Below are positions 47,329 through 56,919 of a DNA stretch of 64,000 nt, piece by piece. Origin of the DNA: Dehalococcoidia bacterium. Lineage in GTDB: Bacteria; Chloroflexota; Dehalococcoidia; GIF9; UBA5629. A model generated the notes under the pieces. It was not told the origin of the DNA and ran no database searches. It saw nothing but the letters and a program-made list of their open reading frames with translations. Numbering within the stretch: position 1 is the stretch's first letter; each line of letters begins with the position of its first letter. The position numbers and the translations under genes are program-made. The stretch is from positions 96,001 through 160,000 of the forward strand of contig JBEKIW010000003.1 in assembly GCA_050011565.1 (NCBI GenBank), in the 5' to 3' direction.

Positions 47329-48415
47329 ATTTGACTAATCCCTTGGCTTTAAGAAGCTCGGCGATGAGTATGGCGCCACCCGCCGCGCCCCGAACCGTAT
47401 TATGGTGCAGACCGATAAAGCGGTAGTCGAAGACATTACATTTTCGCAGTCTGCCCACGGAGACCGTCATGCCTCTGCCGGCATTCCTGTCCTTCTGCGG
47501 CTGCGGCCGGTTGACCTCCGTACGGTATATCATCGGCGGGATAGGCGCCGAGGGCAGTTTCAATTCCTGCGGCAAAGCCGTGAAATTCTGCCAGATACTG
47601 ATAATCTGATCCATCTCCGGTTTTTTGCCGGCAAACTGGAGGCTGACGCAAGCCGTATGTCCATCGGTCACGGCAACCCTGTTGCAGTGCGCTGAAATCT
47701 TGATACTTTCATCGTCGACAAAACTGCCGTTCTTTATCTTGCCGAAAATCTTCTTCGGTTCCACCTCTGATTTCTCTTCCTCACCGGAGATATACGGGAC
47801 GATGTTGTCTACCAGGTCGATAGCAGCCGGCCCGGGATAGCCGGCGCCGGACAGCGCTTGAAGAGTGGTGACAATCATCTTATCTACCGCATAACCGGCT
47901 TTCATCAGCGCGTAGATAGGCAGCATATAGCTCTGAATACTGCAATTAGGTTTGACCACAATGAATCCCTGGCTCCAGCCGTGATTTTTCTGCTGGGCGG
48001 GAATAATATCGAGATGGTCGGCGTTGATTTCCGGTATAAGCACCGGCACGTCTTCCGTATGCCGGTGAGCGGAGTTGTTGGAGACTACGGCGAATCCCTT
48101 GGCGGCGTATTCTGATTCCATGGCGATAATTGCCTGTTTATCCATTTCAACCGCCGAGAAGATGATGCTGCACTTTCCCTTTGCTTTCCCGATATTGCTG
48201 GCATCTTCAACCACTACGTCTCTAACTTCCTCCGGAATGTCCTCCCTCATGTGCCAGCGTCCGGCAACGGCCTCGCTGTATTTCTTGCCGGCCGAATTTG
48301 CCGATGCTGCCAGATGCACCACCTCGAACCAGGGGTGATTGTTCAACAGTCTTATGAAGTTCTGGCCAACCATTCCGGTGGCACCAATGACACCTACCTT
48401 AATCTTTTTTTCCAT
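47327..48415 (-). CDS. asd: Aspartate-semialdehyde dehydrogenase (archaeal/fungal type)
   Basis: GATGMVGQ, PNCS, QALSGAGY, HCNRV, HNTVRGAAG. Confidence 0.95.
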   Translation of the reverse strand: MEKKIKVGVIGATGMVGQNFIRLLNNHPWFEVVHLAASANSAGKKYSEAVAGRWHMREDIPEEVRDVVVEDASNIGKAKGKCSIIFSAVEMDKQAIIAMESEYAAKGFAVVSNNSAHRHTEDVPVLIPEINADHLDIIPAQQKNHGWSQGFIVVKPNCSIQSYMLPIYALMKAGYAVDKMIVTTLQALSGAGYPGPAAIDLVDNIVPYISGEEEKSEVEPKKIFGKIKNGSFVDDESIKISAHCNRVAVTDGHTACVSLQFAGKKPEMDQIISIWQNFTALPQELKLPSAPIPPMIYRTEVNRPQPQKDRNAGRGMTVSVGRLRKCNVFDYRFIGLHHNTVRGAAGGAILIAELLKAKGLVK

Positions 48416-48603
48416 GTCTGCTCCTCCGGATACAGTATTTAAGCTCCCGGTGAGAAATTATAGCAGTTTTCGAATGCCCATTGTCCAGTTTGCCTTCAAT
48501 CAGCCGCTCACACTATGATTTATTGTTCCATATCAATTATAGGTGCTACAATTCAACGAATGTCGGTTAATGCACAAGCTTGACGAACAGGAGTCAGTGA
48601 AAA

Positions 48604-49005
48604 ATGAAGACTAAAACAATCCACCAGACAGTGACGTTTAAAGCCACTCCACATGAAGTATACGAGACGCTTATGGACTCGAAAAAACACGCGGAGCTTG
48701 TCGGTGCTGAAGCGAAAATAAGCAAAAAAGTTGGCGCCAAATTCAGTATTTATGAGGGCGAAATCGAAGGTGTAAATCTCGAACTGGTGCCCGACCACAA
48801 GATCGTTCAGTCGTGGCGGTACAACGACTGGCCGGAAGGCCACTACTCAAAGGCTACTTTCTTGCTTGAAGAAAGCAAGGGCACCACGAAACTAACTTTT
48901 ACCCAGACCGAAGTCCCCGAGGAACGTTACGAAGATGTCTCGCAGGGGTGGCATGACTACTACTGGTCACCTATGAAAGAGATGCTGGAGAAACCAAAGA
49001 AATAG
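48604..49005 (+). CDS. SRPBCC / Aha1-domain protein
   Basis: ATPHEVYETL, KIVQSWR..DWPEG, GWHDYYW. Confidence 0.88.
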   Translation: MKTKTIHQTVTFKATPHEVYETLMDSKKHAELVGAEAKISKKVGAKFSIYEGEIEGVNLELVPDHKIVQSWRYNDWPEGHYSKATFLLEESKGTTKLTFTQTEVPEERYEDVSQGWHDYYWSPMKEMLEKPKK

Positions 49006-49045
49006 TCACTGCTGGCGCCAGCATGGGTCAAACACCCAATGAAGG

Positions 49046-49882
49046 TTAGGCGCCCATGGCAGCAACTACGATGGTACCTGGCCCGCCGTGTACGCCCAAT
49101 CCGGCGCCTATTCTGGTCATTAAAATGTGTTTCTCGTCGATGACAGACCCCAGCATTTTCTTGAGCTTTTCAGCCTCTTCGGGGACCGTGCTCTGGGCTA
49201 TGCCAACCTCCATCAGATTGGGATAATTCTTAACAAACTTGAATACCTGCTCTACACCCTTGGTGTACGAGCGAGCCATACCTGCCTGAATGAGTTCACC
49301 ATCGCGCATTTTAAGTATGGGCTTTACATTCAGCAGTGCGCCTACCAGCGCCCTGGTCCTGGTTATGCGCCCGCCCTTGAGTAGATATTGCAGCGTGTCA
49401 AGCAGTCCCCGGATTTGAGTCTTACCGATAGCTTTCTTCGTCTCCTCCAAAACCTCTGCCAGCTTACCGCCACTGTTAGCTACTCGAGCCGCTGCTAAAA
49501 CTATTAGCCCCAGACCTACTGATACCGACAAACTATCAAATACATGCACTTCGCACTTGGGCTTGGCTATCTCGAGCCCCTGCAGCGCTGCGTTATAGGT
49601 GCCGCTGACTTTAGTCGGTAGATGTATGGAAACAATAGCCTCAGCATCTTTGGCAAGAGCGGTATACGTCTCAGCAAAGTCAGCGGGCATCGGCTGCGTG
49701 GTGGTGGGATAAATCGGGCCTTCCACCAATTTCTTGTACAGCTCATCCGGCCCTATGTCTACTCCGTCTTTGTATGCCTTATCACCGAAATAGATGTACA
49801 CCGGGACAATGGTTATACCCAGTTTCTTAGCCAGCTCGAGCGGTATATCCGAGCCGCTGTCAGTGACAATCTTTACCGTCAA
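49046..49882 (-). CDS. DegV-family fatty acid-binding protein
   Basis: IVTDSGSD, SGTY, LLKGGRI, LNVKPIL, HGGPG. Confidence 0.93.
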   Translation of the reverse strand: MTVKIVTDSGSDIPLELAKKLGITIVPVYIYFGDKAYKDGVDIGPDELYKKLVEGPIYPTTTQPMPADFAETYTALAKDAEAIVSIHLPTKVSGTYNAALQGLEIAKPKCEVHVFDSLSVSVGLGLIVLAAARVANSGGKLAEVLEETKKAIGKTQIRGLLDTLQYLLKGGRITRTRALVGALLNVKPILKMRDGELIQAGMARSYTKGVEQVFKFVKNYPNLMEVGIAQSTVPEEAEKLKKMLGSVIDEKHILMTRIGAGLGVHGGPGTIVVAAMGA

Positions 49883-49995
49883 AACTCACCTCCGAATACT
49901 TCCGATAGTAAAAGTCACCGAATTCTACCTGCGGTTAAGGGGAAATGCAATACCTTGCTATGCTATGGCACGGTGGATGAATAGATAGAAACGCT

Positions 49996-51201
49996 CTACT
50001 CGTGGCGCAGAGATTCGATGGGGTCGAGCCGGGCGGCTCTAAAAGCCGGATAGGTGCCGGATATGACGCCGATTCCAATGGACACAGCCAGCGCCAGTAT
50101 GACAATGCCCGCTGAAATCTGAGCCCCAACGGTTAACTCTCCAAATGCAACGTTCTTCAGGAACAACGAGAAGAATAACGCCAGGGCTAAGCCAATCAAA
50201 CCGCCGGACAGACTCAGTGCCGCTGCTTCAATTAGAAACTGGATTAAAATATCACGCCTTTTAGCACCGATGGCTTTGCGTATGCCGATTTCTCGTGTGC
50301 GTTCGGACACCGAAACCAGCATTATATTCATAATTCCGATGCCGCCTACAAGAAGCGAGATGGCGCCGACGCTGCTTAAGAAAAAAGAAAAGGCAGCCAG
50401 TTGTGATTGCAATTGATTAAGTACATCGCGCATGTCCCTGATCTGGAAATCATCTGAAGCCCCCGACCCGATAAAATGCCGCGCTCTCATGATGGAGGTT
50501 ATCTCGGCAATAGCCGCATCCACCTGGTCGGGACTGGCCGCCTTTACCGCAATCTGCTGGATATTGTTGCCGCCTGATATTTTGGATTGCATAGTGGTAA
50601 GTGGCATCAGTATAAAGCTGTCTCCAGTGAAACCACCCATTTTCGCTACGGCGCCGACAACCTGGTATCTACCACCGGCGACACGTATGGTCTGGCCCAC
50701 TGCCGTTTGATTCCCGAATAAGTCCTGGGCCGTCTGCCAGCCGAGCACCACCACATTCTGCCTGGCTGCCAGGTCCTGGTCGGTTATGAATCTGCCAGCT
50801 GAAAGATCATATTTTTTTATCTCACCTATTAACGGCGTTATTCCCGTAGCCTGCACATTTACGTTATTATTGCCGTAAGATGCACTGACTCCCTTGCTAA
50901 GGGTAGGCGCAGCTAGGGCTATCGACGGAGCCAGGGATTTATCTGCCAGCGCCTGCGCATCGTCAAAAGTCAACGGACGAATAATAGAAACAGTTTTATC
51001 TGTAGTGCCGGAAACATAAAGAGCGCTGGCTCCCAGATTTTCAAAAGTCTGCTGCATACTTTTCTGGAATCCGTTTCCCAGGGCCACCAGCAGGACCACC
51101 GCGCTAACTCCGATAATAATGCCCAGCATGGTGAGAGACGACCGCAGTTTATTGGCAAATATCGACTGCCAAGCGGTTTTAAGGCTCTCCAGTATATTCA
51201 A
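49996..51201 (-). CDS. MacB-type ABC permease
   Basis: NKLRSSLTMLGIIIG, GGIGIMNIMLVSVSERTREIGIRKAIGA, LDPIESLRHE. Confidence 0.93.
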   Translation of the reverse strand: MNILESLKTAWQSIFANKLRSSLTMLGIIIGVSAVVLLVALGNGFQKSMQQTFENLGASALYVSGTTDKTVSIIRPLTFDDAQALADKSLAPSIALAAPTLSKGVSASYGNNNVNVQATGITPLIGEIKKYDLSAGRFITDQDLAARQNVVVLGWQTAQDLFGNQTAVGQTIRVAGGRYQVVGAVAKMGGFTGDSFILMPLTTMQSKISGGNNIQQIAVKAASPDQVDAAIAEITSIMRARHFIGSGASDDFQIRDMRDVLNQLQSQLAAFSFFLSSVGAISLLVGGIGIMNIMLVSVSERTREIGIRKAIGAKRRDILIQFLIEAAALSLSGGLIGLALALFFSLFLKNVAFGELTVGAQISAGIVILALAVSIGIGVISGTYPAFRAARLDPIESLRHE

Positions 51202-51884
51202 CGCTTCTTTTCCTCTACTATTTTTCCATCCCTGATATAGATCGTCCTCTCCGTGTAAGAGGCGATATCTTCTTCGTGGGTAACGATAACGATAGTAATC
51301 CCTTTTTTGCGCTGTTCCAGTAAAACATCCATGATATTGTGGCTGGATTGGGTATCCAGGTTGCCTGTCGGTTCATCGGCAAGTATTATCCGCGGATTAT
51401 TTACCAGGGCGCGGGCGATAGCCACTCTCTGCTGTTCGCCGCCAGACATTTCGGTCGGGTGATGGCGCGCCCTGTTGCCGATGCCTACGGCTTCCAGCGC
51501 CGCCATAGCGCCTTGCCGCCTCTGACGGTGGCCGGCATACATCATCGGCAATTCCACGTTCTCCAGCGCCGTCATTTTAGGCAACAGGTTGTAGGACTGG
51601 AAAACAAAACCCAGTTTTCTATTTCTTATCACCGCCAGCTCATTATCGCTGAGGCTGGAGACATCCTGACTATCCAGACAGTAAATTCCACCAGAAGGGC
51701 GGTCCAGGCAGCCGATTATATTCATAAGCGTAGACTTGCCGGAGCCGGATGGCCCCATGATGGAAACTACTTCACCTTTCTCGCACCGAAAAGAAATACC
51801 GTCCAGGGCATTAACCTTAACCTCTCCAAGGTCATACACCTTGGTCACATCCTTTAATTCAATAATGCCATCTGATTCAGCCAT
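51198..51884 (-). CDS. MacB/LolD-type ABC ATPase
   Basis: GPSGSGKS, FVFQSYNL, MSGGEQQR, ADEPTGNLD. Confidence 0.95.
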   Translation of the reverse strand: MAESDGIIELKDVTKVYDLGEVKVNALDGISFRCEKGEVVSIMGPSGSGKSTLMNIIGCLDRPSGGIYCLDSQDVSSLSDNELAVIRNRKLGFVFQSYNLLPKMTALENVELPMMYAGHRQRRQGAMAALEAVGIGNRARHHPTEMSGGEQQRVAIARALVNNPRIILADEPTGNLDTQSSHNIMDVLLEQRKKGITIVIVTHEEDIASYTERTIYIRDGKIVEEKKR

Positions 51885-51932
51885 GTCGTAACACCAAATC
51901 CAAGAAGATTATACAATATAGAAGCCGGTCTA

Positions 51933-53657
51933 TTAACGTATCGGGATACCTGTACCTCGCGTCCCCTGCCGAGAGGCACCGTTACTCGTTGTCGGCGGAG
52001 TTCCCGTTACCGTGACTTTGTCTCCTTCTTTTAATCCCGATAGCACCTCAGCGTACTGAAAGGTTTGCTGGCCCAAAGTAACCGGCCTGTATTCGGGCTG
52101 TCCCGTCGTTGGGTTGATGACCGCCACCACGGGGCCCTCACGCGTCTCTACAATTACCGATACGGGCACCAGCAATGCGCCTTTAGCGCTGTATATGCTG
52201 ATATCGGCAGTGGCGCTTAAGCCACCTCTGAGTTCGACATCAGTCGGGTCCAGCTGAATGGTAATAGCAAATTTAATGACGTTGCCGGAAGCTACGCCAA
52301 AGGGAGAGATAAATTTAACCGTACCGGTAAATACCTTGTTGGGTATGGCATCCACTGTGATATTTACCTTTTGCCCGGGTTGCACTTTCATAATGTCGAT
52401 TTCATCAACCGTTCCTTCGAACCTGATGGAGTTGGTATCAACCAGCGTGATGGCTGTCGTCGACGAATAGTTCTGCGCCGAAAGTACGGAGGATTTCTTG
52501 AGGTTTGCGCTGACCACAGTGCCATCGGCAGGGGCTATGATGGCCGTATTCATGATGGCCTGCTTCGCCTGGAATAGAGATATTTGAGCACTTTGAAGGC
52601 TGAGGTTGTATTGCTGCAATGTTTGCCAGTTGATGTTTTTCCCGACCACAAAGAGTGACGTCTGATTTTCCAGAACGTCCCGGCCGACGAGCAGGTTAAG
52701 CTGGGTAATATACAACTTCTTGGCGGCTTCAATCGGCTCGGCGCCGTCCTGTGCCAGATAGTTCTCCAAATCCTGCAGAGAACGAATAGATGACTGCAGG
52801 AAATCAGCGCTGGTAGCGGTATCCGGATATTCGAACATCTCGCTGCCCTTGAGATATACAGTGCTTTCAGCCAGATTGTAAGCCGTAAACATTTCCTGCT
52901 GGGCAGCAGCTAATTTAGACGCCACTTTATCATATGCTCCGACTTTCATATCACTGCTTATGTCCAAAAGTTTCTGCTGGTACTTCTGCATGTAATCGAC
53001 CACCGCCGCATCAGTGGGAGTCGGAGATTTAAAGCCGCCTTCGTAAAGGTCAGGATAGTAAGTCGAGTTTATCTTGGCTCCGGCCAGTGCGGCGGCATCG
53101 GGCTTGGATGCGATAAGGTCCGCACCCACTTCGACGTCGAAATAGGTCATTATTAAATCACGACCGGCGTCTTTGTAATCCCCCTGCTTGAACTCGTTAA
53201 CCGCCGTATCCAAATCTTTTCGTGCCTGGTCAAATATGCGGGGCACGCTCAAATCAGGATAAGTATAAGGAAGATGGTCGCAGCCCACCGCAGCACTGTC
53301 GGTCTTTGACTGCACCGTTATATTATTTTGCGCCGTCTGTACACTTAGCAAGGCGGTTTTAATGGCATTCCTCTGAGTCGTATCATCGAGCATAGCCAGC
53401 AGTGCACCCTGCTTTACCTTATCACCTTCTTCAACAAATATTTGTTGCACCTGCCCGTTGGTGCCGAAGCGCAGGTCGTACTCATCGGGCATGGTGAGGT
53501 GGCCATCGGATGATACATTGATATTCAGGTCTCCCTTTTTTACTTCGAAAACCTGGCCCGGGGTAGCAGTAGTAGCGGTGCTCTTAGCGCAGGCACCAGC
53601 CACTATCGGGAATACGATAACGGCCAGTATCAGTATGCTTATCAGGATTTTTTTCAT
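51933..53657 (-). CDS. Membrane-fusion (MacA-like adaptor) lipoprotein with a long helical insert
   Basis: Lipobox AGAC, GQVQQIFVEEGD, IIAPADGTV, VDEIDI, SGLKEGD. Confidence 0.88.
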   Translation of the reverse strand: MKKILISILILAVIVFPIVAGACAKSTATTATPGQVFEVKKGDLNINVSSDGHLTMPDEYDLRFGTNGQVQQIFVEEGDKVKQGALLAMLDDTTQRNAIKTALLSVQTAQNNITVQSKTDSAAVGCDHLPYTYPDLSVPRIFDQARKDLDTAVNEFKQGDYKDAGRDLIMTYFDVEVGADLIASKPDAAALAGAKINSTYYPDLYEGGFKSPTPTDAAVVDYMQKYQQKLLDISSDMKVGAYDKVASKLAAAQQEMFTAYNLAESTVYLKGSEMFEYPDTATSADFLQSSIRSLQDLENYLAQDGAEPIEAAKKLYITQLNLLVGRDVLENQTSLFVVGKNINWQTLQQYNLSLQSAQISLFQAKQAIMNTAIIAPADGTVVSANLKKSSVLSAQNYSSTTAITLVDTNSIRFEGTVDEIDIMKVQPGQKVNITVDAIPNKVFTGTVKFISPFGVASGNVIKFAITIQLDPTDVELRGGLSATADISIYSAKGALLVPVSVIVETREGPVVAVINPTTGQPEYRPVTLGQQTFQYAEVLSGLKEGDKVTVTGTPPTTSNGASRQGTRGTGIPIR

Positions 53658-53661
53658 CTTA

Positions 53662-55773
53662 TTATCTACCCGACGGCGGCGGTGGCCCTCCGACCCCGCG
53701 AGGGAAGCCGGTTACGACCGGCGCGCCGGTTATCTTCTCTTGACCTATTACTTTATCGCCCTCTTTCAAGCCGGACAATACCTCGGCAAATTGCAGGTTT
53801 TGACTACCGAGTGTGACCTCCCTTTTCTCCTGCTTGCCTGTAGCTTCATCGACTACCGTAACAAAAGACCCGGCAGAAGTGGTGGTAACTGCCGACAAGG
53901 GCACCAGCAGTACATTGGCCGCACCGGATATGGCGATATCAGCCGTGGCCGTAAGGCCGCCCTTGAGCGCCACGTCTGTAGGGTCAAGCTGGATGGTTAC
54001 CGGAAATTTAACGACGTTGCTGGTGTTCGGCGTGCCGAAGGGTGAAATGAATGACACTTTGCCGGTGAACGTTTTATTCGGTACGGCATCCACGGAAATC
54101 GTCGCCTTTTGACCCGTCTTTATTTTCAGAATATCTATCTCGTCGACCTGCCCCTGAAACTTAATCTGGCGGGTATCGACAAGTTGAACCGCAGTCTTGG
54201 AAGCATAGTCGATAGCGGAGAGCACATCATTTTTCTTGACGCCCACACTTACCACCGTGCCGTCGAACGGCGCCAGTATTACCGTCTTGAGGAAATTGTC
54301 CTTCGAGTTGCCCAGGCCAATTAAAGCGTTTGCCAGGTCCACGTGGTACTGCTGCTCATTTTTCAGAGACAGGCCATGCTGCAATACATAACCGTTGCTA
54401 TCCAAAATGCTGTTGCAGATTTGCATGTAATGCAGCGCAATTCGCAGGTTGTCATTTAATTCAGGTGAGGTTAGTCCGCCGGTCTCTATGCCTTTCAGCG
54501 CGGCGTTCAGCTTGTCGGCAGCGGCTCCGTAGAAATACAGGCTTATGTCCTTTCCGTAAACGGTGGAATAGTTGTGCGCTTTTATCACATTTATATTGTT
54601 TCTGACCGCTTTACCTATATCGCCAACCTGCTTCAGCAGTGAGTTGAACATCGGGCTGGCTTGCTCGCCTTTACCTTGAGCTATCAATCCCCGGACGGTC
54701 TCTATATCCGCCTGCCCCTGCTTTATTGTATCCACCACCTGGCGCAGTTGTACGATATAGGAGACGGCGAACGACTGGTCCGTATTTATCTCTAGCAATA
54801 TTATGTCGGTTTCGTTATCGGAGACTAACGGCGCCATGTTGCCCAACCCTGATTTCGGGTTATTTATGGCGTCTTCCAGTATCTGTATGCAGGCATCCAG
54901 GTCGGACAGTGCCACATATAATTCAGATGCCGCCGCGTCATAGCTTTTAATCTGGTACAACATGTTTGCGCGGTTGACCTCATCCTGCGCCCAATTAAAG
55001 GCCGACAGGGCCGTGGCATTCGGATAATAGTATGGAGAACTGGTGCCCAAATTATCACTATTCTGTTTAAGAGTGTATGTATTTTTGGTTATCGATTGAA
55101 TTTGTCTATGTGTAGTCTGAAATTTATCACCTGTGTCAAGATCTGGTACCGCAGCGTCTACTGTAGTATTTGTAATGGTTATTACTTCGGTCACTATCGA
55201 GGTACCCGGTTCACCGCTGTCGCTGGTAGTCGTACTTGTTGATGAACTTGTGGTAGGTCCAGATGCGAGAGGAGGGGTGGCACTTGAATCGTATACTGTC
55301 ACGCTTGTTGTGTCGGGAAATGAACCAGAACTGGTAGATGAAGTTTGAAGATTCTTTTCATATATATAGTTCCGAAACTGGGGCAGCAGCGGCACGTTTT
55401 CATACAGCTTGCTCAATACCGTCTGCACATTATTGTTGGAGGATTCGACGCCCAATTTTTCAGTAGTATTATTCAGCGTCGCCAGCACAGTCCCTTCTTT
55501 AACGAAATCGCCTTCTTCCACGAACACGTCCTGGACATCTCCCGGCGCACCGAAGAGCAAATTGTACGCCTGAGGCATCACCAGGTTGCCATCAACCGAG
55601 GTAGATACCGTCAGATTGCCTGACCGCACGGTAGTCACCTGCGTGGCTGCTGCCGGCGTCGTTGTTTTTGGAGCGCAGCCAATACCGGAAATAAGCAAAG
55701 CAGCTACACAAATAACGGAGGCTAGACTTTTAACTAATTTAGACATGTCTGTATTTTGCTTCGCTGTTTTCAA
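53662..55773 (-). CDS. Membrane-fusion (MacA-like adaptor) lipoprotein with a long insert incl. Ser/Thr-rich tract
   Basis: Lipobox GIGC, GDVQDVFVEEGD, ILAPFDGTV, VDEIDI, SGLKEGD; start TTG 55773 or ATG 55746. Confidence 0.88.
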   Translation of the reverse strand: MKTAKQNTDMSKLVKSLASVICVAALLISGIGCAPKTTTPAAATQVTTVRSGNLTVSTSVDGNLVMPQAYNLLFGAPGDVQDVFVEEGDFVKEGTVLATLNNTTEKLGVESSNNNVQTVLSKLYENVPLLPQFRNYIYEKNLQTSSTSSGSFPDTTSVTVYDSSATPPLASGPTTSSSTSTTTSDSGEPGTSIVTEVITITNTTVDAAVPDLDTGDKFQTTHRQIQSITKNTYTLKQNSDNLGTSSPYYYPNATALSAFNWAQDEVNRANMLYQIKSYDAAASELYVALSDLDACIQILEDAINNPKSGLGNMAPLVSDNETDIILLEINTDQSFAVSYIVQLRQVVDTIKQGQADIETVRGLIAQGKGEQASPMFNSLLKQVGDIGKAVRNNINVIKAHNYSTVYGKDISLYFYGAAADKLNAALKGIETGGLTSPELNDNLRIALHYMQICNSILDSNGYVLQHGLSLKNEQQYHVDLANALIGLGNSKDNFLKTVILAPFDGTVVSVGVKKNDVLSAIDYASKTAVQLVDTRQIKFQGQVDEIDILKIKTGQKATISVDAVPNKTFTGKVSFISPFGTPNTSNVVKFPVTIQLDPTDVALKGGLTATADIAISGAANVLLVPLSAVTTTSAGSFVTVVDEATGKQEKREVTLGSQNLQFAEVLSGLKEGDKVIGQEKITGAPVVTGFPRGVGGPPPPSGR

Positions 55774-55781
55774 TGAAATTT

Positions 55782-55813
55782 ACTCTAACAGGGAAATATT
55801 AAGATATTATTAA
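55782..55813 (-). promoter_or_regulatory. Putative OmpR-type direct-repeat site + -10
   Basis: TTAATA-atatc-TTAATA-9nt-TAGAGT. Confidence 0.65.
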
Positions 55814-55982
55814 GATAGCAATTTTTAGGCGATAATAAAAGTGAAACGACTTTCTATAACCTATTTTGCGCAAGTTAATATTATACGTCTCCAACCGTTT
55901 ATTTGGCAAACCAATCCCTGCTCGACCCACTGCCTGTATTCGTAACCTCATTAAATCGCTTCATCATTCGATGCCCGTAAAA

Positions 55983-56011
55983 AGAAGAGGGGAAGAATTC
56001 CTCCCCCCTTC
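55983..56011 (-). terminator. Probable intrinsic terminator of the 56042-56809 gene
   Basis: Minus strand AGAAGGGGGGAGGAATTCTTCCCCTCTTCT followed by a T run. Confidence 0.6.
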
Positions 56012-56041
56012 TACGACTGACTCCGGCTGCAGATAATGTTT

Positions 56042-56809
56042 CTAATATGTCGTTGGACTGGCACCTGTCTGGGGGTTTTGAGTTCCTTGAAATCTATGCC
56101 ACGGCCCTCCACCCCGTTGCCCAGGTGATTTAGGTTCAGGCAGTGGAACATCGGGTTTTGCCGCCAGCCATGCCTTGAAAGCATCATACTGCGCCTGGGT
56201 TATTTTGCCGTCTTTCAACAGCTGGTCTAAGTTTCCGGGGCGGACTCCTACTCCGGGGACATCCGGCCTGGAGGCAAGCCATGCCTTCAAACTATCGGCC
56301 TGCTCTTGAGTCAATTTGCCATTTTCCACCAGGTTCTGAAGTCCGGCGTCGGGTCTTTGCGCACCCCATCCCGGTCCAGGCTGTCCCAACGGCAACGGAA
56401 CATCCGGTTTCGCATCCATCCACGCTTTGTACGCTTCATACTGCTCTTGAGTTATTTTGCCGTCTTTTAATAGCTGGTCCATGTTTCTGGGATTGACTCC
56501 AGGGAGAACCGGTTTGGAGTCCAGCCAGGCCTTCAATTTATCGGCCTGGTCTTGTGTCAGCTTCCCGCTGGTTACCAGGTTCTGAAGCCCGGTATTCTGC
56601 CTTTCCGTACGCATTTCTGAAACGGCTTGCTTGAACGCATCCGTTAACTTCTGTACGTCGATGTTCAATATCTGGGCAACCCTGGCTAGTAATCCGTTTG
56701 ACTTTCCCTGGGTGTTTTGCCCATCATCGGCAAGTACTACACCTGCAGAACCAGCCATCATCGTAACCGCCAGTATGCTTGATAACAGCAATTTCGTAAT
56801 TTTCCTCAC
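56042..56809 (-). CDS. Secreted protein with four GK(L/I)TQxQ(A/Y)...KAW...KPD repeats
   Basis: Signal peptide ending VLA, duplicated approximately 68-aa unit, AAGGAGG RBS. Confidence 0.85.
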   Translation of the reverse strand: MRKITKLLLSSILAVTMMAGSAGVVLADDGQNTQGKSNGLLARVAQILNIDVQKLTDAFKQAVSEMRTERQNTGLQNLVTSGKLTQDQADKLKAWLDSKPVLPGVNPRNMDQLLKDGKITQEQYEAYKAWMDAKPDVPLPLGQPGPGWGAQRPDAGLQNLVENGKLTQEQADSLKAWLASRPDVPGVGVRPGNLDQLLKDGKITQAQYDAFKAWLAAKPDVPLPEPKSPGQRGGGPWHRFQGTQNPQTGASPTTY

Positions 56810-56919
56810 TTTTTTAGCCTCCTTGGTTTTACTTGAACAGTTATTATAACAATAGATTGTTTCCCGAAATTAGTCTTTTTGTAAAATCTATGTAAAATCC
56901 AGCGGAGCTTAAAAGAATC

